Part shown: positions 19,279-29,343 of the stretch, piece by piece
Layout of the letters: each line of letters starts with the position of its first letter
Numbering within the stretch: position 1 is the stretch's first letter
Source of the DNA: an uncultured delta proteobacterium
GTDB lineage: Bacteria > Myxococcota_A > Polyangia > Fen-1088
NCBI GenBank assembly: GCA_963796685.1
Contig: CAWCMR010000001.1
Coordinates: forward strand, 93,053 to 157,052
Reading direction: 5' to 3'
Length of the DNA stretch: 64,000 nt
The notes under the pieces: generated by a model
Database searches by the model: none
What the model was told of the DNA's origin: nothing
Seen by the model: only the letters and a program-made list of their open reading frames with translations
Made by a program: the position numbers and the translations under genes

Positions 19279-20079
19279 TCAAGGAGCTGGGCTCGGTGAC
19301 GACCCCGCACCCGGATCGGGGCTGCGGCTGAAGGGGCGGAAAGCGAAAGCCTGTTGCCGAAAGTAGCCCGAGGGGAAATGGCCTTGCGCCGCAAGCCCGT
19401 AGGACATGGGCTTGCCGGCCGGAAGATGAGCCGTGCCGAACAGCCAATCCCAGATAGCGAGCTTGGTGGAGAAGTTGATGTCGATGATTTCCACGGCGTG
19501 ATGCCAGCGGTGCATTTCAGGTCCATTGACCAGGCGTTGCAGGAAACCCGAACGCACATCGAGGTTGCAATGGATGTACATGCCCCACATGGCGTCCACC
19601 ACGCCTTTCCAAAGCACCACCTCGGGCGCGCCACCGAGAAGAACGATGGGCATGAACTCGATGCTCTGATTGATGAAGATTTCGAGGGCGTGAGAGCGCG
19701 AGCCACTTAGCCAATCCACGTCCTGGGTGGAATGATGGGCCTCGTGTAGCCGCCACAAGATGGGATTGCGATGTTGCCAGCGATGAAACCAGTAGATGTA
19801 GAAATCGTGGGTGACCACGAAGAAGAGAAGCTGCACTGGCACTGGCCACGCCGAGATTATGTGCCATCGGCCGTGGTGTCCAGGACCGTCGATGGCTTCG
19901 ATGAGTGCCTTGATGACAAGCCCCAGCACGCAACTCTGCACCAAGGTGTACATCACCAGGTCGGTGAGAAATCCGTTCCGCCATAGGCGCTGCTTGGGGG
20001 CGTACGGAAATCGACGTTCAAGGGCGATGAAGAGGAACGCGCCGACAAGAATGGTGGCCGCGGAGATCGCGGGCGTCAT
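19279..20079 (-). CDS. Sterol desaturase/fatty acid hydroxylase family protein
   Basis: His boxes YWFHRWQH, LHEAHHS, IHCN and HRWHH; NFSTKLAIWDWLFGT. Confidence 0.9.
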   Translation of the reverse strand: MTPAISAATILVGAFLFIALERRFPYAPKQRLWRNGFLTDLVMYTLVQSCVLGLVIKALIEAIDGPGHHGRWHIISAWPVPVQLLFFVVTHDFYIYWFHRWQHRNPILWRLHEAHHSTQDVDWLSGSRSHALEIFINQSIEFMPIVLLGGAPEVVLWKGVVDAMWGMYIHCNLDVRSGFLQRLVNGPEMHRWHHAVEIIDINFSTKLAIWDWLFGTAHLPAGKPMSYGLAAQGHFPSGYFRQQAFAFRPFSRSPDPGAGSSPSPAP

Positions 20080-20098
20080 GCTTGCGTCACCGCGCGGG

Positions 20099-21013
20099 TC
20101 AGGCCAGACCTCGAGTAGCATCGGCGCTGGACACGCGCCGCAGTTTCTGACGCTGGGCCATCTCGGTGGCGTGGAGCCGCTTCACGCCGTCTCCGAGCGA
20201 CCGCTCGATGTCCCGGATGTTGCTCACCAAACGCATGAGGCCACCGATTTCGACCGATGCGGCATGATCCGACCCCCACATCGCTCGATCGAGGGTCACG
20301 TGCCTCTCGACGAACGTGGCCCCGAGAGTGACCGCTGCCCAGGTGGGTGAGAGCCCCGTCTCATGCCCCGAATAGCCAATGGGGCAGACGGGAAAGAGAT
20401 CGCCCAGGGTCTGAATCATGCGCAGGTTGAGAGCCTCGAGTGGACAGGGATAGGCCGACGTGGAGTGCGCGATAAGAAGGCGATCCGTGCCAAGCAATTC
20501 AACTGCGCTGCGAATCTCCTCCATGGTCGACATTCCCGTGGAAACCATCAGGGGGCGCCCCGTGGCGCGCAACTTGCGCAACAGGGTTTGATCGGTCAGT
20601 GAGGCCGAAGCGACCTTGTAGACCGGTGGGTCGAACACTTCCATGAAGTCGACGGCGTCTTCGTCCCAACACGAGGCGAACCAAAGCATGCCGCGGTCGC
20701 GGCAGTGGCGATCGATTTCGGCGTAGTCCGTGGCACCGAGCTCCACGCGATGCCTGTATTCCAAATAGGTCATGCGGCCCCACGGAGTGTCGCGCAGAAC
20801 CTCCCGCTGTGTCGGGGGGACGCATTTGTCAGGCGTGCGCTTTTGGAATTTCACCGCATCGGCGCCCGCCACGACCGCGCCGTCGATGAGGCGCTTGGCC
20901 AGGTCGACGGAACCGTTGTGGTTGACGCCGATCTCGGCAATCACGAACACGGGGTGGCCGGGGCCCACCCACTTGTTGCCAACACGTATGGAATTGGCCG
21001 TGGTTTCTTTCAT
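20099..21013 (-). CDS. neuB: NeuB-family nonulosonate synthase (short form, no C-terminal SAF domain)
   Basis: AEIGVNHNG, AVKFQKR, STGMS, GYSGHE and VERHVTLDR; 304 aa. Confidence 0.9.
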   Translation of the reverse strand: MKETTANSIRVGNKWVGPGHPVFVIAEIGVNHNGSVDLAKRLIDGAVVAGADAVKFQKRTPDKCVPPTQREVLRDTPWGRMTYLEYRHRVELGATDYAEIDRHCRDRGMLWFASCWDEDAVDFMEVFDPPVYKVASASLTDQTLLRKLRATGRPLMVSTGMSTMEEIRSAVELLGTDRLLIAHSTSAYPCPLEALNLRMIQTLGDLFPVCPIGYSGHETGLSPTWAAVTLGATFVERHVTLDRAMWGSDHAASVEIGGLMRLVSNIRDIERSLGDGVKRLHATEMAQRQKLRRVSSADATRGLA

Positions 21014-21597
21014 GGCGACCTCCTTCTCGAGAGCTCGTCGCACGAGCTATCCTCAAAACGCAGGAAACGGATCCACTCGGCAATCTGGCGGAACGCGCCT
21101 TCGCCGCCACGCCGGGTGCAGCGGACGTGAACGCGATCGAGCACCGCGGGCTCGGCGTCTGCGGGCGCGCATATCAACCCCTCGCTCGCGAGGGCTTCCA
21201 TCACGCCCAGATCGTTGACGTCGTCGCCGATGTAGGCGACTTGGGCAGAGGTCACGCGGTGCTCGACCAGAATGGACGCCAGGGCGGCGCGTTTGTCGTG
21301 CACCCCGCCCCACAAGCGGACCGCCAGCTTCTGAGCGCGGCGGACGACGATGGCCGAGTCCTCCCGTGTCACGATAGCCGTCGCGACGCCGATCTCGCGC
21401 AGTCGTTCGCACCCCATGCCGTCGCGCAAGGAAAAGCGCTTCATTTCCTCGCCGCGCTCCGAGTAGTAGACGGTCGCGTCGGTGAGCACGCCGTCGCAGT
21501 CGGTAAGCACGAGCTTCAACCGACGCACGCGACGCTCGGCCTCGATGGGATCGAGGGTGAGAACGGGAGACTCTTCACTCATCACCATGTCGTCCAT
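21010..21597 (-). CDS. KdsC-family HAD phosphatase (KDO-8-P/KDN-9-P phosphatase-like)
   Basis: DCDGVLTD, RDGMG, YIGDDVND and GGEGAFR motifs. Confidence 0.85.
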   Translation of the reverse strand: MDDMVMSEESPVLTLDPIEAERRVRRLKLVLTDCDGVLTDATVYYSERGEEMKRFSLRDGMGCERLREIGVATAIVTREDSAIVVRRAQKLAVRLWGGVHDKRAALASILVEHRVTSAQVAYIGDDVNDLGVMEALASEGLICAPADAEPAVLDRVHVRCTRRGGEGAFRQIAEWIRFLRFEDSSCDELSRRRSP

Positions 21598-22406
21598 CCT
21601 CCGTCCACCACCAGGTCTGCCCCGGTCATATAGCTGGAGGCGTCGCTGGCCAGGAACACCACGGCCCCGCGCAATTCGCTCGGCTCGGCCATTCGACCAA
21701 GGGGCGTGCGGTCGGAGTACTGCTTTACGAAATGCTCATCCTGCGCTTGGGCCACGCCGCCCGGGCAAAGCGTGTTGCAGCGAACCCGCTCGCTGGCCCA
21801 GTACGTGGCGATGAACCGACTCAGCGCCGACACTGCGCCCTTGCTCGCCGAGTACACAGGAGACTTCCAGAACCTCTGGTCCCCGTCGGGACGACGATAA
21901 ATGCGCTGGTCCGGCGCCACCAACCCGTAGGTCGAACCGATATTGATGATGGAACCTCCGCGCTGGCCTGCCACGATCTCGGCGCCGAGGATCTGACACG
22001 CCAGAAACGTGCCGGTGAGATTGACATCGAGAAACCTTTGCCACGCGTGCAGGGGATAGCGTTCGAAACGGGTGGTCTGCTCGGTCTCGTTTTCCTCGAA
22101 ACGGTCGTTGATGGCCGCGCTGTTCACCAGCACGTCCAAGCGACCCAGGCGTTCGCGCACGGCTGCGCGCAAGGCTTCCACCGACTCCGGTTTGGTCACA
22201 TCGAGCGGCAGGCCAAGCGCCTGCTCGCCTCCCGCCGCCGCGAGGTCTTCGGCCTGCCGCTTGCAGGCGAACGGGTCGATGTCGGCGATGACGACCGTCG
22301 CGCCTGCCGCATGCAAGGCAAGGGCAAACTCCCGCCCCAGAAGTCCAAGCCCGCCGGTGACCACGGCCACCTTGCCGGCAAGCGAGAATGGATCAGCCAC
22401 GGCCAT
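21582..22406 (-). CDS. SDR family oxidoreductase
   Basis: TGGLGLLG, NSAA, YSASK and PLGRMAEP motifs. Confidence 0.9.
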   Translation of the reverse strand: MAVADPFSLAGKVAVVTGGLGLLGREFALALHAAGATVVIADIDPFACKRQAEDLAAAGGEQALGLPLDVTKPESVEALRAAVRERLGRLDVLVNSAAINDRFEENETEQTTRFERYPLHAWQRFLDVNLTGTFLACQILGAEIVAGQRGGSIINIGSTYGLVAPDQRIYRRPDGDQRFWKSPVYSASKGAVSALSRFIATYWASERVRCNTLCPGGVAQAQDEHFVKQYSDRTPLGRMAEPSELRGAVVFLASDASSYMTGADLVVDGGWTTW

Positions 22407-23775
22407 GCGCCACCTCGCTGGTTGCGTGCCTTCCAACGCGCGGACGGGTGTTGAAGCCGGCCACCCTGCGGAAGACGGGCTCCATAGGTGCGCCCCGCAA
22501 ATAGCTCGCCGGTGCTCCGCTCGCCAAGGCCTGCTTGAGCACGGTCAAGGTCTCGCCGTAGGCGTCCATCAACTGATCGATGTCGGCCTCGCTGTGCGAA
22601 AAACAGAGATTGTGGAAGCCCTGCCACAGCACGCCCCGGCGGAGTAGCTCCTGCTGCACGAGCGACTTCATGATCAGCGGGTCGACGCCAGCTGCGCGGC
22701 CTGTGGCAGCGAAGGTCACCAGGGTACGGCAGCCCATGCCCACACAATGGGTGAATTCGAGATCGAGACCTGCGGCCAAACCCGCGTAGCGATCACGCAA
22801 ATGCGACCCCAGGGTGTCGAGACGGCCGGCCACGTCGCGCGTCTTCATCACCTCGAGGGTGGCCTGCGCGGCCGCTAGCGATAGCGCCTCGCCGCCGAAG
22901 GTGGTGAAGAAGAAGACCTCTCTTTCGCACAGGCGCATCATCTCCGCGCGCCCGGTTAGTACCGAGAGCGGCATGCCGTTGGCGATGGCCTTGGAGAAAC
23001 ACGCCAGATCGGCGGTGACGCCGAAGCGCTGTTGCGCGCCTCCGAGCGCCGCGCGAAATCCCGTCCACATCTCGTCGAAGATGAGTAGGCTGCCATTTTC
23101 GCGGCAGGCGCGCGCCACCTCGGCCAGGAATCCATCCTTGGGCCATTCGAAGACCATGGGCTCGAGGATCACGCACGCCACGTCGTCGGCCAGGGCGGCA
23201 CGCAGAGAGTCGGGGTCGTTGTATGCGAAGGTGTACGACAACTTGGCGACGTCTTCCGGGATACCTCGGCTGCGGTCGGTGACCGAGACGTACCAGTCAT
23301 GCCAGCCGTGATAGCCGCAGCAGATCACCTTGCCGCGGCCGGTGAAGGCGCGCGCTAGGCGAACCGCGGCGCTGGTGACGTCGCAGCCGGTCTTCGAGAA
23401 GCGCACCATCTCGGCGCCGGGCACGAGAGCGGTCACGGTCTCGGCGACCAGGACCTCCAGCGGGTGGGGCAGCGAGAAGGTGATGCCGTCTTCGAGTTGC
23501 GCACGGATCGCGGCGTCCACCTCCGGGAAGGCGTAGCCGAGCGAAAGCGGACCCACGCCCATGCTGAAATCGATGTACTCGTTGCCATCGACGTCCCAAA
23601 CGTGGCTGCCGCGACCGCGCGTCAGATACTTCGGCGCGACGCCGTTTACGAACTGTCCCACGCCCTTGGCAAGCGTCTGGGTGCCTGCCGGGATGAGCGG
23701 GCGGGCCCGTTCATAGAGCGCGTTCGAGGCGTCGATGCACGGGAAGGTGGGATCGAGAGTGATGGACTTAGGCAT
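22393..23775 (-). CDS. Class III PLP aminotransferase (HemL-like)
   Basis: WDVDGNEYIDF, YHGWHD, LIFDEMWTGFR and FSKAIANG motifs. Confidence 0.9.
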   Translation of the reverse strand: MPKSITLDPTFPCIDASNALYERARPLIPAGTQTLAKGVGQFVNGVAPKYLTRGRGSHVWDVDGNEYIDFSMGVGPLSLGYAFPEVDAAIRAQLEDGITFSLPHPLEVLVAETVTALVPGAEMVRFSKTGCDVTSAAVRLARAFTGRGKVICCGYHGWHDWYVSVTDRSRGIPEDVAKLSYTFAYNDPDSLRAALADDVACVILEPMVFEWPKDGFLAEVARACRENGSLLIFDEMWTGFRAALGGAQQRFGVTADLACFSKAIANGMPLSVLTGRAEMMRLCEREVFFFTTFGGEALSLAAAQATLEVMKTRDVAGRLDTLGSHLRDRYAGLAAGLDLEFTHCVGMGCRTLVTFAATGRAAGVDPLIMKSLVQQELLRRGVLWQGFHNLCFSHSEADIDQLMDAYGETLTVLKQALASGAPASYLRGAPMEPVFRRVAGFNTRPRVGRHATSEVAHGRG

Positions 23776-24691
23776 GGAGTCTCCTCGTTGCAAGGGCGTG
23801 GCGCACGCGCGCGGCAATGGCGGGTCCCGTGAAACCCTCGGTGTGCAGCACATCCGGCAAGAGGGCCGGCTTGAACCAACGGTCGAGCGCGAGCGGTAGC
23901 ACGAGTGGGGATAGACGCTCGCGCAAACAGAGCTCGGCGAGGATACTGAAAAGACCGCCGACCTTGAAATGGTCTTCCACGGTCACCAGCACGCGGGCGC
24001 CTGCCGCGTGCTCGAGCAGCGCGGCCTCGTCGAGCGGCACCAGGGTGCGCAGGTTGAGCACCCCCGCATCGATGCCGGCCGCGCGCAACTCTTGCGCCGC
24101 GGCCACCAGCTCGGGCACGAGCAAGCCGTAGCCGAGCAGCATCACGGCCTTGCCGTCGAGGAGAAGCTCCGATTGGCCGAGGGCAAAAGGTGTGTGATGC
24201 TCCACCCGGCAGGGCGAGGCATTGAATCGCACGTAGGTCGGGTGCGGGCTGGCGAGCACGGTCGGCATCGCTTCCACAAGCTCGCGCTCGTCGCTCGGAC
24301 ACACGATGTGCATGCCGGGGATTCCGCGCATGAGCGCCACGTCTTCGATGGCCTGGTGGGTCGGCCCGTTGCCATCGGACAGAAATCCGGGTACGGCGCC
24401 CACCAGCTTCACCGGCAGGCCGGAGATCCCGACGTCGGTCCGGATGAACTCGAAGGCGCGCATGACCAAGAACGTGGCCAGCGCGTGCACCACGGGGATG
24501 CGTCCACGCAAGGCCAGGCCTGTGGCCGCGCCGATCATGGTTTGTTCGCAGATCCCGACATCGATGAAGCGTTCCCCGAGCAGGGCCGGCACGCCGCGGA
24601 TAGCGGCGCGGTTTTCGGCGGTCATCACGACGATGCGCGGGTCGCGCTCTGCCGCGGCCAGGAGCACGTCTTGGTAAGTCGCCGCGCTCAT
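23768..24691 (-). CDS. Split transketolase, C-terminal subunit
   Basis: DVGICEQ, NGPTHQAIED and TVEDHFKVGGL; overlaps both neighbours. Confidence 0.9.
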   Translation of the reverse strand: MSAATYQDVLLAAAERDPRIVVMTAENRAAIRGVPALLGERFIDVGICEQTMIGAATGLALRGRIPVVHALATFLVMRAFEFIRTDVGISGLPVKLVGAVPGFLSDGNGPTHQAIEDVALMRGIPGMHIVCPSDERELVEAMPTVLASPHPTYVRFNASPCRVEHHTPFALGQSELLLDGKAVMLLGYGLLVPELVAAAQELRAAGIDAGVLNLRTLVPLDEAALLEHAAGARVLVTVEDHFKVGGLFSILAELCLRERLSPLVLPLALDRWFKPALLPDVLHTEGFTGPAIAARVRHALATRRLHA

Positions 24692-25569
24692 CGCACCACC
24701 AGGGTTTCGGACGTGAGCTGTGCCTGCGCGCTGCCAGCCAGCTCGGCGAGCAAGGCGTTCACTTCTTCGTCGGAAAAGCGCGCGAACCAGCGATCCGCGC
24801 GGCGCTCGATGCTGGGCAGCCCCTTGCCACGCACGGTGTGCGCGAGGACGGCGGTGGGGCGGCCGTCCACAAGCGGCAGCGTAGCAAAGCCGCGTTCGAG
24901 ATCGATGAAGTCGTGGCCGTCCACCTCGACCACACCGAACCCGAAGGCACGCCACTTGTCGGACAGGGGTTCGAGTGGGATGAGAGATTCGGTCTCGACG
25001 TTGGCCTGGAATTCGTTGCGGTCGATGATGACCACCAGGTTCTGCACCCGATGGGCGGCTGCAACGAGCGCGCCTTCCCAGACGCTGCCTTCGTCGAGCT
25101 CGCCGTCGCCCAGCAAGACGAAGACCCGGCCGGGCCCGCCATCGAGGCGAATCCCCATGGCAACCCCGATAGCCACCGACAAAAGATGTCCGAGCGATCC
25201 CGAATGGAATTCCACGCCCGGGATGGCCCGGTTGGGATGCCAGTAGATGTCGTCGCGAGGATCCAGATGATGCCGCAATCGTTCGCGCTCGATGTAGCCG
25301 TGCTCGGCCAAGGTTCCGTAGAGAGCGGGAACGTCGTGGCCCTTGGAAAGAAAGAAGTAGTCGCGATCCCGACTCGTCACCGTGCTGGGACTGATGGCCA
25401 ACACGCGTTCGTAGAGGAACACGACGAGATCCGTGCACGAGAGCGAAGCGCCGATGAAGCAGCCGCCGCCTCCCGACATGCGCACGATGTGCTGGCGCAC
25501 GCGAAAGGCGCGGTCTTCCATGCGGTGAAGATCCTCCGGGGTGATCGGAATGCGGGGCGGATCTCTCAT
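24688..25569 (-). CDS. Split transketolase, N-terminal ThDP-binding subunit
   Basis: LSKGH, SGSLGH, GDGELDEG, VDGHD and TVRGKG motifs. Confidence 0.9.
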   Translation of the reverse strand: MRDPPRIPITPEDLHRMEDRAFRVRQHIVRMSGGGGCFIGASLSCTDLVVFLYERVLAISPSTVTSRDRDYFFLSKGHDVPALYGTLAEHGYIERERLRHHLDPRDDIYWHPNRAIPGVEFHSGSLGHLLSVAIGVAMGIRLDGGPGRVFVLLGDGELDEGSVWEGALVAAAHRVQNLVVIIDRNEFQANVETESLIPLEPLSDKWRAFGFGVVEVDGHDFIDLERGFATLPLVDGRPTAVLAHTVRGKGLPSIERRADRWFARFSDEEVNALLAELAGSAQAQLTSETLVVR

Positions 25570-26375
25570 GGCGACTCCAGCCGGACCGTGTCCTTGGCGC
25601 TGACGGTCCGCAGCTCGTGGAGGTGGTTGCGATACCAGTTCACGCCTGCCAGATGGCTGTTCAAGCGGAACACATCGGGGCGCCCTTCCAGAAAGGTCAG
25701 AATGTCTGCTAGAGAAAAGGGCTTGGCTTCGGGCTGGTGCAAGCCTTCGAATACCGCTGTCACGAAGGCGAGATCGTCGGGGTAGTCGATGGTGAAACGG
25801 TGGCTCATGGAGTAGTCGAGACCCGTCTCCCAGGTCACGTTGTGAATGCGGAAACGCTCTGGGTTTTCCCAAAGAAAGGGGGTGGTATGCTCGCGTTCGA
25901 AAGATCGAGTGGCTGCAATCCAAGCCTGCTCGAGCGCGTGCATCGGTATGACCTCAACGTCGTTGCCGTCGGGATAGGTGGCTGGGTGGAGATTGCTCAC
26001 GAAGTCGAAGTCTTCTGGATGGGCGCGATAGACCTCGATAACGCGATCGATGATGCCGGGATCGATGAGCGGGCAATCCGAGGGAATTTTCACCACCGCC
26101 GTGGCGTCCGTGGCTCGCCCTGCGCGCAGGTGGCGATCGAGGAGATCCGTGGCGTGGCCGCGAAAGCATAAGAACCCGTGCTCTTCCGCCATGTCCGCGA
26201 TGGCGTCATCCGCCACAGCCGTGGTCGTGGCCACGACGATCTCATCCAGCGTGCGGGAAGCGCGCACGCGTTCCAGCATCCACAGAATGAGCGGCCTGCC
26301 GAGCACCGGCTTTAGGACCTTGCCCGGCAGACGCGACGAGCCCATCCGAGCCTGAATGACCCCGACGACTCTCAC
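25566..26375 (-). CDS. SpsF-like cytidylyltransferase
   Basis: IQARMGSSRLPGKV, SDCPLIDP, EREH and TIDYPDD motifs. Confidence 0.9.
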   Translation of the reverse strand: MRVVGVIQARMGSSRLPGKVLKPVLGRPLILWMLERVRASRTLDEIVVATTTAVADDAIADMAEEHGFLCFRGHATDLLDRHLRAGRATDATAVVKIPSDCPLIDPGIIDRVIEVYRAHPEDFDFVSNLHPATYPDGNDVEVIPMHALEQAWIAATRSFEREHTTPFLWENPERFRIHNVTWETGLDYSMSHRFTIDYPDDLAFVTAVFEGLHQPEAKPFSLADILTFLEGRPDVFRLNSHLAGVNWYRNHLHELRTVSAKDTVRLESP

Positions 26376-26417
26376 CGTGTACCTCCGCCGCTGACGGTTG
26401 CTATCGCCGGGCTTGAG

Positions 26418-27467
26418 CTATCCGCGCTGGTCGACATGTGCTTCTCTCGTTGTACAAGAGAGAAGCAAAAGTCCTGTGACGATCCAAAGACACTCCTTCG
26501 TCCGTTTCGTTACAAATAGAGCAGCGCCCGCGGTTGCCGCATGCGTCGTCCCGGCAGCATGCGCAAGAACCACCTCGGCCGCGTCTTGAATGCCGAGTCC
26601 AGCTGGAAGAAAGAGTGCCGCGGATCGCAGGAACGAGCTCAATGCCTCGAAGCGCCACGCGGTCATGAACGGCACGTGGACCCCGCACAGGGATGCAATG
26701 ACATAGGTATCAAGCGCCTCGAAGAACCACTGCGCAAGGTAAAGACAGAAGCCCACGACCAGGATGCCCTTGGTACCCGTCAAAATCCGTCGCGCCGAAT
26801 CATCGATACGGGCAAATGCCTCCACACGCACGACAGCCCAGCGGGCAAGCCGGCGAAGGGGCAGCCTGGCCAGCAGCCGACGAAGCCGTCCGGCCATGGC
26901 TCCCCCCCTCAGCGCCAGCAACACAAAGCCGCCAGTCGTTGCATTGAAGACGATGCCCGTGACCAGCCCCCATCGCAGAAACCATGCCAGCAGCGACGAT
27001 GCCGTCGACGAATCCGCCCCAGGCGCGGGTAGCGGCAGAGCACCGCCCAGCAGACCCACCGCCATATAGACCGCATCGCTCGTGACGATGATGCCCTTTC
27101 GCACCGCCACGCTGGCCGCACCCTCTGGAAAAGGCACGCCGCAATGCCGGCGCAATAGAATTGCGCTCGTAACGTCGGCGACGACGGAACCACCGGGAAG
27201 GGCCAGGAGCAGCGCTTCCGTGGCCAGCCGCACGTGCAGCAAACGCCAGAACTTCACGGGTTGGCCGGTCTGCCGCAGAAGCAGGCCCCACGCCAGAGTA
27301 TCCGCCACCATCGAACCCAGGTAAGGCAATGGCGCCAAGGCGAGACGCGGTCCCGCTTGGGCCAGGATGAACCAGAGTCGCGGGAGGTCCGCGCGTGCAA
27401 GCAGCCCAATCACGATGACGAGGGCGGCGACCAACGGCAGGGTCTGCAGGACCCGTACGAGGTTCAC
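26418..27467 (-). CDS. LPG-synthase TM domain (UPF0104 flippase-like) membrane protein
   Basis: About 8 TM helices; LPGG and PAGLG motifs. Confidence 0.75.
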   Translation of the reverse strand: MNLVRVLQTLPLVAALVIVIGLLARADLPRLWFILAQAGPRLALAPLPYLGSMVADTLAWGLLLRQTGQPVKFWRLLHVRLATEALLLALPGGSVVADVTSAILLRRHCGVPFPEGAASVAVRKGIIVTSDAVYMAVGLLGGALPLPAPGADSSTASSLLAWFLRWGLVTGIVFNATTGGFVLLALRGGAMAGRLRRLLARLPLRRLARWAVVRVEAFARIDDSARRILTGTKGILVVGFCLYLAQWFFEALDTYVIASLCGVHVPFMTAWRFEALSSFLRSAALFLPAGLGIQDAAEVVLAHAAGTTHAATAGAALFVTKRTKECLWIVTGLLLLSCTTREAHVDQRG

Positions 27468-27484
27468 TCTAGCTGGGATCGCGG

Positions 27485-28669
27485 TCAGCAAGTTGTCTTC
27501 CGCAGCCCTTCTTCCCGGGAAGACAGGTCCCGGGTCCCGCGGCTCTGGGCGAGCAGGGCGCGGCAGACCTCGGCGATGCGACGTGCGCTGGTACCCCCAT
27601 TTTGAATCGGACACAGGCGCCGAAGCTCCTCGACGTCGAAGTAGGAATGGACCTCCTTGTCGAGGGCCAGACCGACGTATGCCGTCGACGAAAACTGTGT
27701 CACCAAAACGTCACAGTTGGCGATCATTTCTTCGGCGCTCCCCGAATCGTAGACCTGTGCGCTGGGGGCGAGCCTGGCCAGCTCGGCCCGAGCCCGGGCG
27801 GCGTTTTCATTCGGGTGGAGCTTCCAAAGAATCTGGCGGCCCCTGGCGATGCGTACTACCTCGCGTATCAGTTTGGGGCGGTTCTCCCAACGGGCAGTCT
27901 CTCGGACGTCCGAGCTGCAGACGAGCACATAGCCGCGGTGGGGGAAGTCGTTGCGCCTGAATCGCTCGCAGTTGTCGAAGTTTGGGATGCCGGTGACGAC
28001 GATCTTCTCCGAGAGGATCCCCTTGCGAACGAACAGATCACGGTACCCGGCGCTGGCCACGCAGAAGCGATCGTAGGCATGGCTTAGCCCAGTGGCCGAA
28101 GAGGTGGCAGTGATCCAGGGGGGCAGTTTCAACGTCTTGACGAGCCAGAAGATCACATCCTCCGGGTCGGTCATCCCTTCCTGTACGAGCAGGATCGGCC
28201 GTCCTCGCAGGTTGCGGGGGACGGCCAGGTCGGAACATGTCACCGCCAGATCGTAGTCGCCGACTTTTCCGCCGAGATCGAGTGGAAGGTAGCGTTCTTG
28301 CAGATAGGCGATACAACGCGCCCGCAGCTTGCTTCCGAGCGCGGTCGTCTCGAGAATCCGCAGACGTCGGACAGCCTCGAGGAGGCCGTCACAGTAATAC
28401 CAAGTGAAGGCGTGGTCGCAATCCGGCAGCTCGGCGGCGATCTGCTCGACCTGTTTGGTCTGGTTGATGGTGCCACCGATGAACAGGATGCGCGGACGGC
28501 TCCGAGCGGGCGATGCCGAACGGGGCGCTGGCGGAAATGTCCGCCGCAGCAGACGCGCGGTGACGCTCGGAACCAGCCCAAACGCAATCACCAGCAGGCG
28601 TCCGATGAAGGACCCGACGGCCAGCACGCCGCTGACGGCGAGGAGCCAGAGAGTCGCGAGCCAAGCCAT
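27485..28669 (-). CDS. Hypothetical GT-B-like protein, candidate nonulosonate transferase
   Basis: N-terminal hydrophobic anchor; VTGIPNFD, KLHPNE and DVLVTQFSST resemble capsule/TagF-like GT-B motifs. Confidence 0.6.
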   Translation of the reverse strand: MAWLATLWLLAVSGVLAVGSFIGRLLVIAFGLVPSVTARLLRRTFPPAPRSASPARSRPRILFIGGTINQTKQVEQIAAELPDCDHAFTWYYCDGLLEAVRRLRILETTALGSKLRARCIAYLQERYLPLDLGGKVGDYDLAVTCSDLAVPRNLRGRPILLVQEGMTDPEDVIFWLVKTLKLPPWITATSSATGLSHAYDRFCVASAGYRDLFVRKGILSEKIVVTGIPNFDNCERFRRNDFPHRGYVLVCSSDVRETARWENRPKLIREVVRIARGRQILWKLHPNENAARARAELARLAPSAQVYDSGSAEEMIANCDVLVTQFSSTAYVGLALDKEVHSYFDVEELRRLCPIQNGGTSARRIAEVCRALLAQSRGTRDLSSREEGLRKTTC

Positions 28670-28889
28670 GCGCCCGGATTGTAGTCCACGGCCGACGCTT
28701 GTGTCAGTGTTCCGGTGGGTTCCCCTCACAAATGCGGCAAGGTGCGCGCCGCGGCACATCCGTCGGCCTCGCTCAGGTCACGCGCCGCAACTTCCAGCGC
28801 TCGAACAGAAACTCGCTCTATGGACTGGCGCTGGTCATTGGCCATCTGAGCGAAAGCGCCTGCATGTTCGATCTTGCGCTTCTCGTAGG

Positions 28890-29030
28890 GCAAAGACTAC
28901 GTCGGTGGACCTCGAGCCGCTCGCACTCATCGCACGTTTTGCAACCCTCGTCCCTCCTCCCAAGCGGCATACCGTCAGATATTTTGGCGTACTTTCGTCG
29001 CACGCCACAGCGCGCCCACCGCCCCAGAAG
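28890..29030 (+). mobile_element. Third IS91-family transposase remnant
   Basis: LEPLALIARFATLVPPPKRHTVRYFGVLSSH motif. Confidence 0.7.
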
Positions 29031-29343
29031 GTGGGTGGCGGCGATGACTGGCTCAACTGAACGCGACCTCGACGGGGCCCGGGGCTGCGATGGGGTAGGC
29101 TACGCCTTGTGGTCGAGACAGGCTCTTCGGCATGCGATTCGCGCGTAGCTCACGGTAGACGGTAGATTGCTGCTCCTCGCGGGGAGCGGGGCAGAGCCCC
29201 GCATTGGTTACGGCCGTAGGCCGCGGCAGTGTTATAAAGCGCCCTTCTTCCTTCACCGAATCGCGTCTTCATTCACATGTCCTATAAGAAGTATGCGTCA
29301 TCTACAGAGGAACACCCGCACCATACCCGGGGGGAGTGCGTGG

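Noticed and set aside
22393-23775. hemL call for the aminotransferase
   Set aside because: The context is sugar biosynthesis with no hem genes, so only a family-level call is supportable.
29150-29260. Hairpin GCGGGGCAGAGCCCCGC as a riboswitch or ncRNA
   Set aside because: A single short hairpin with no recognisable aptamer; more likely mobile-element debris.
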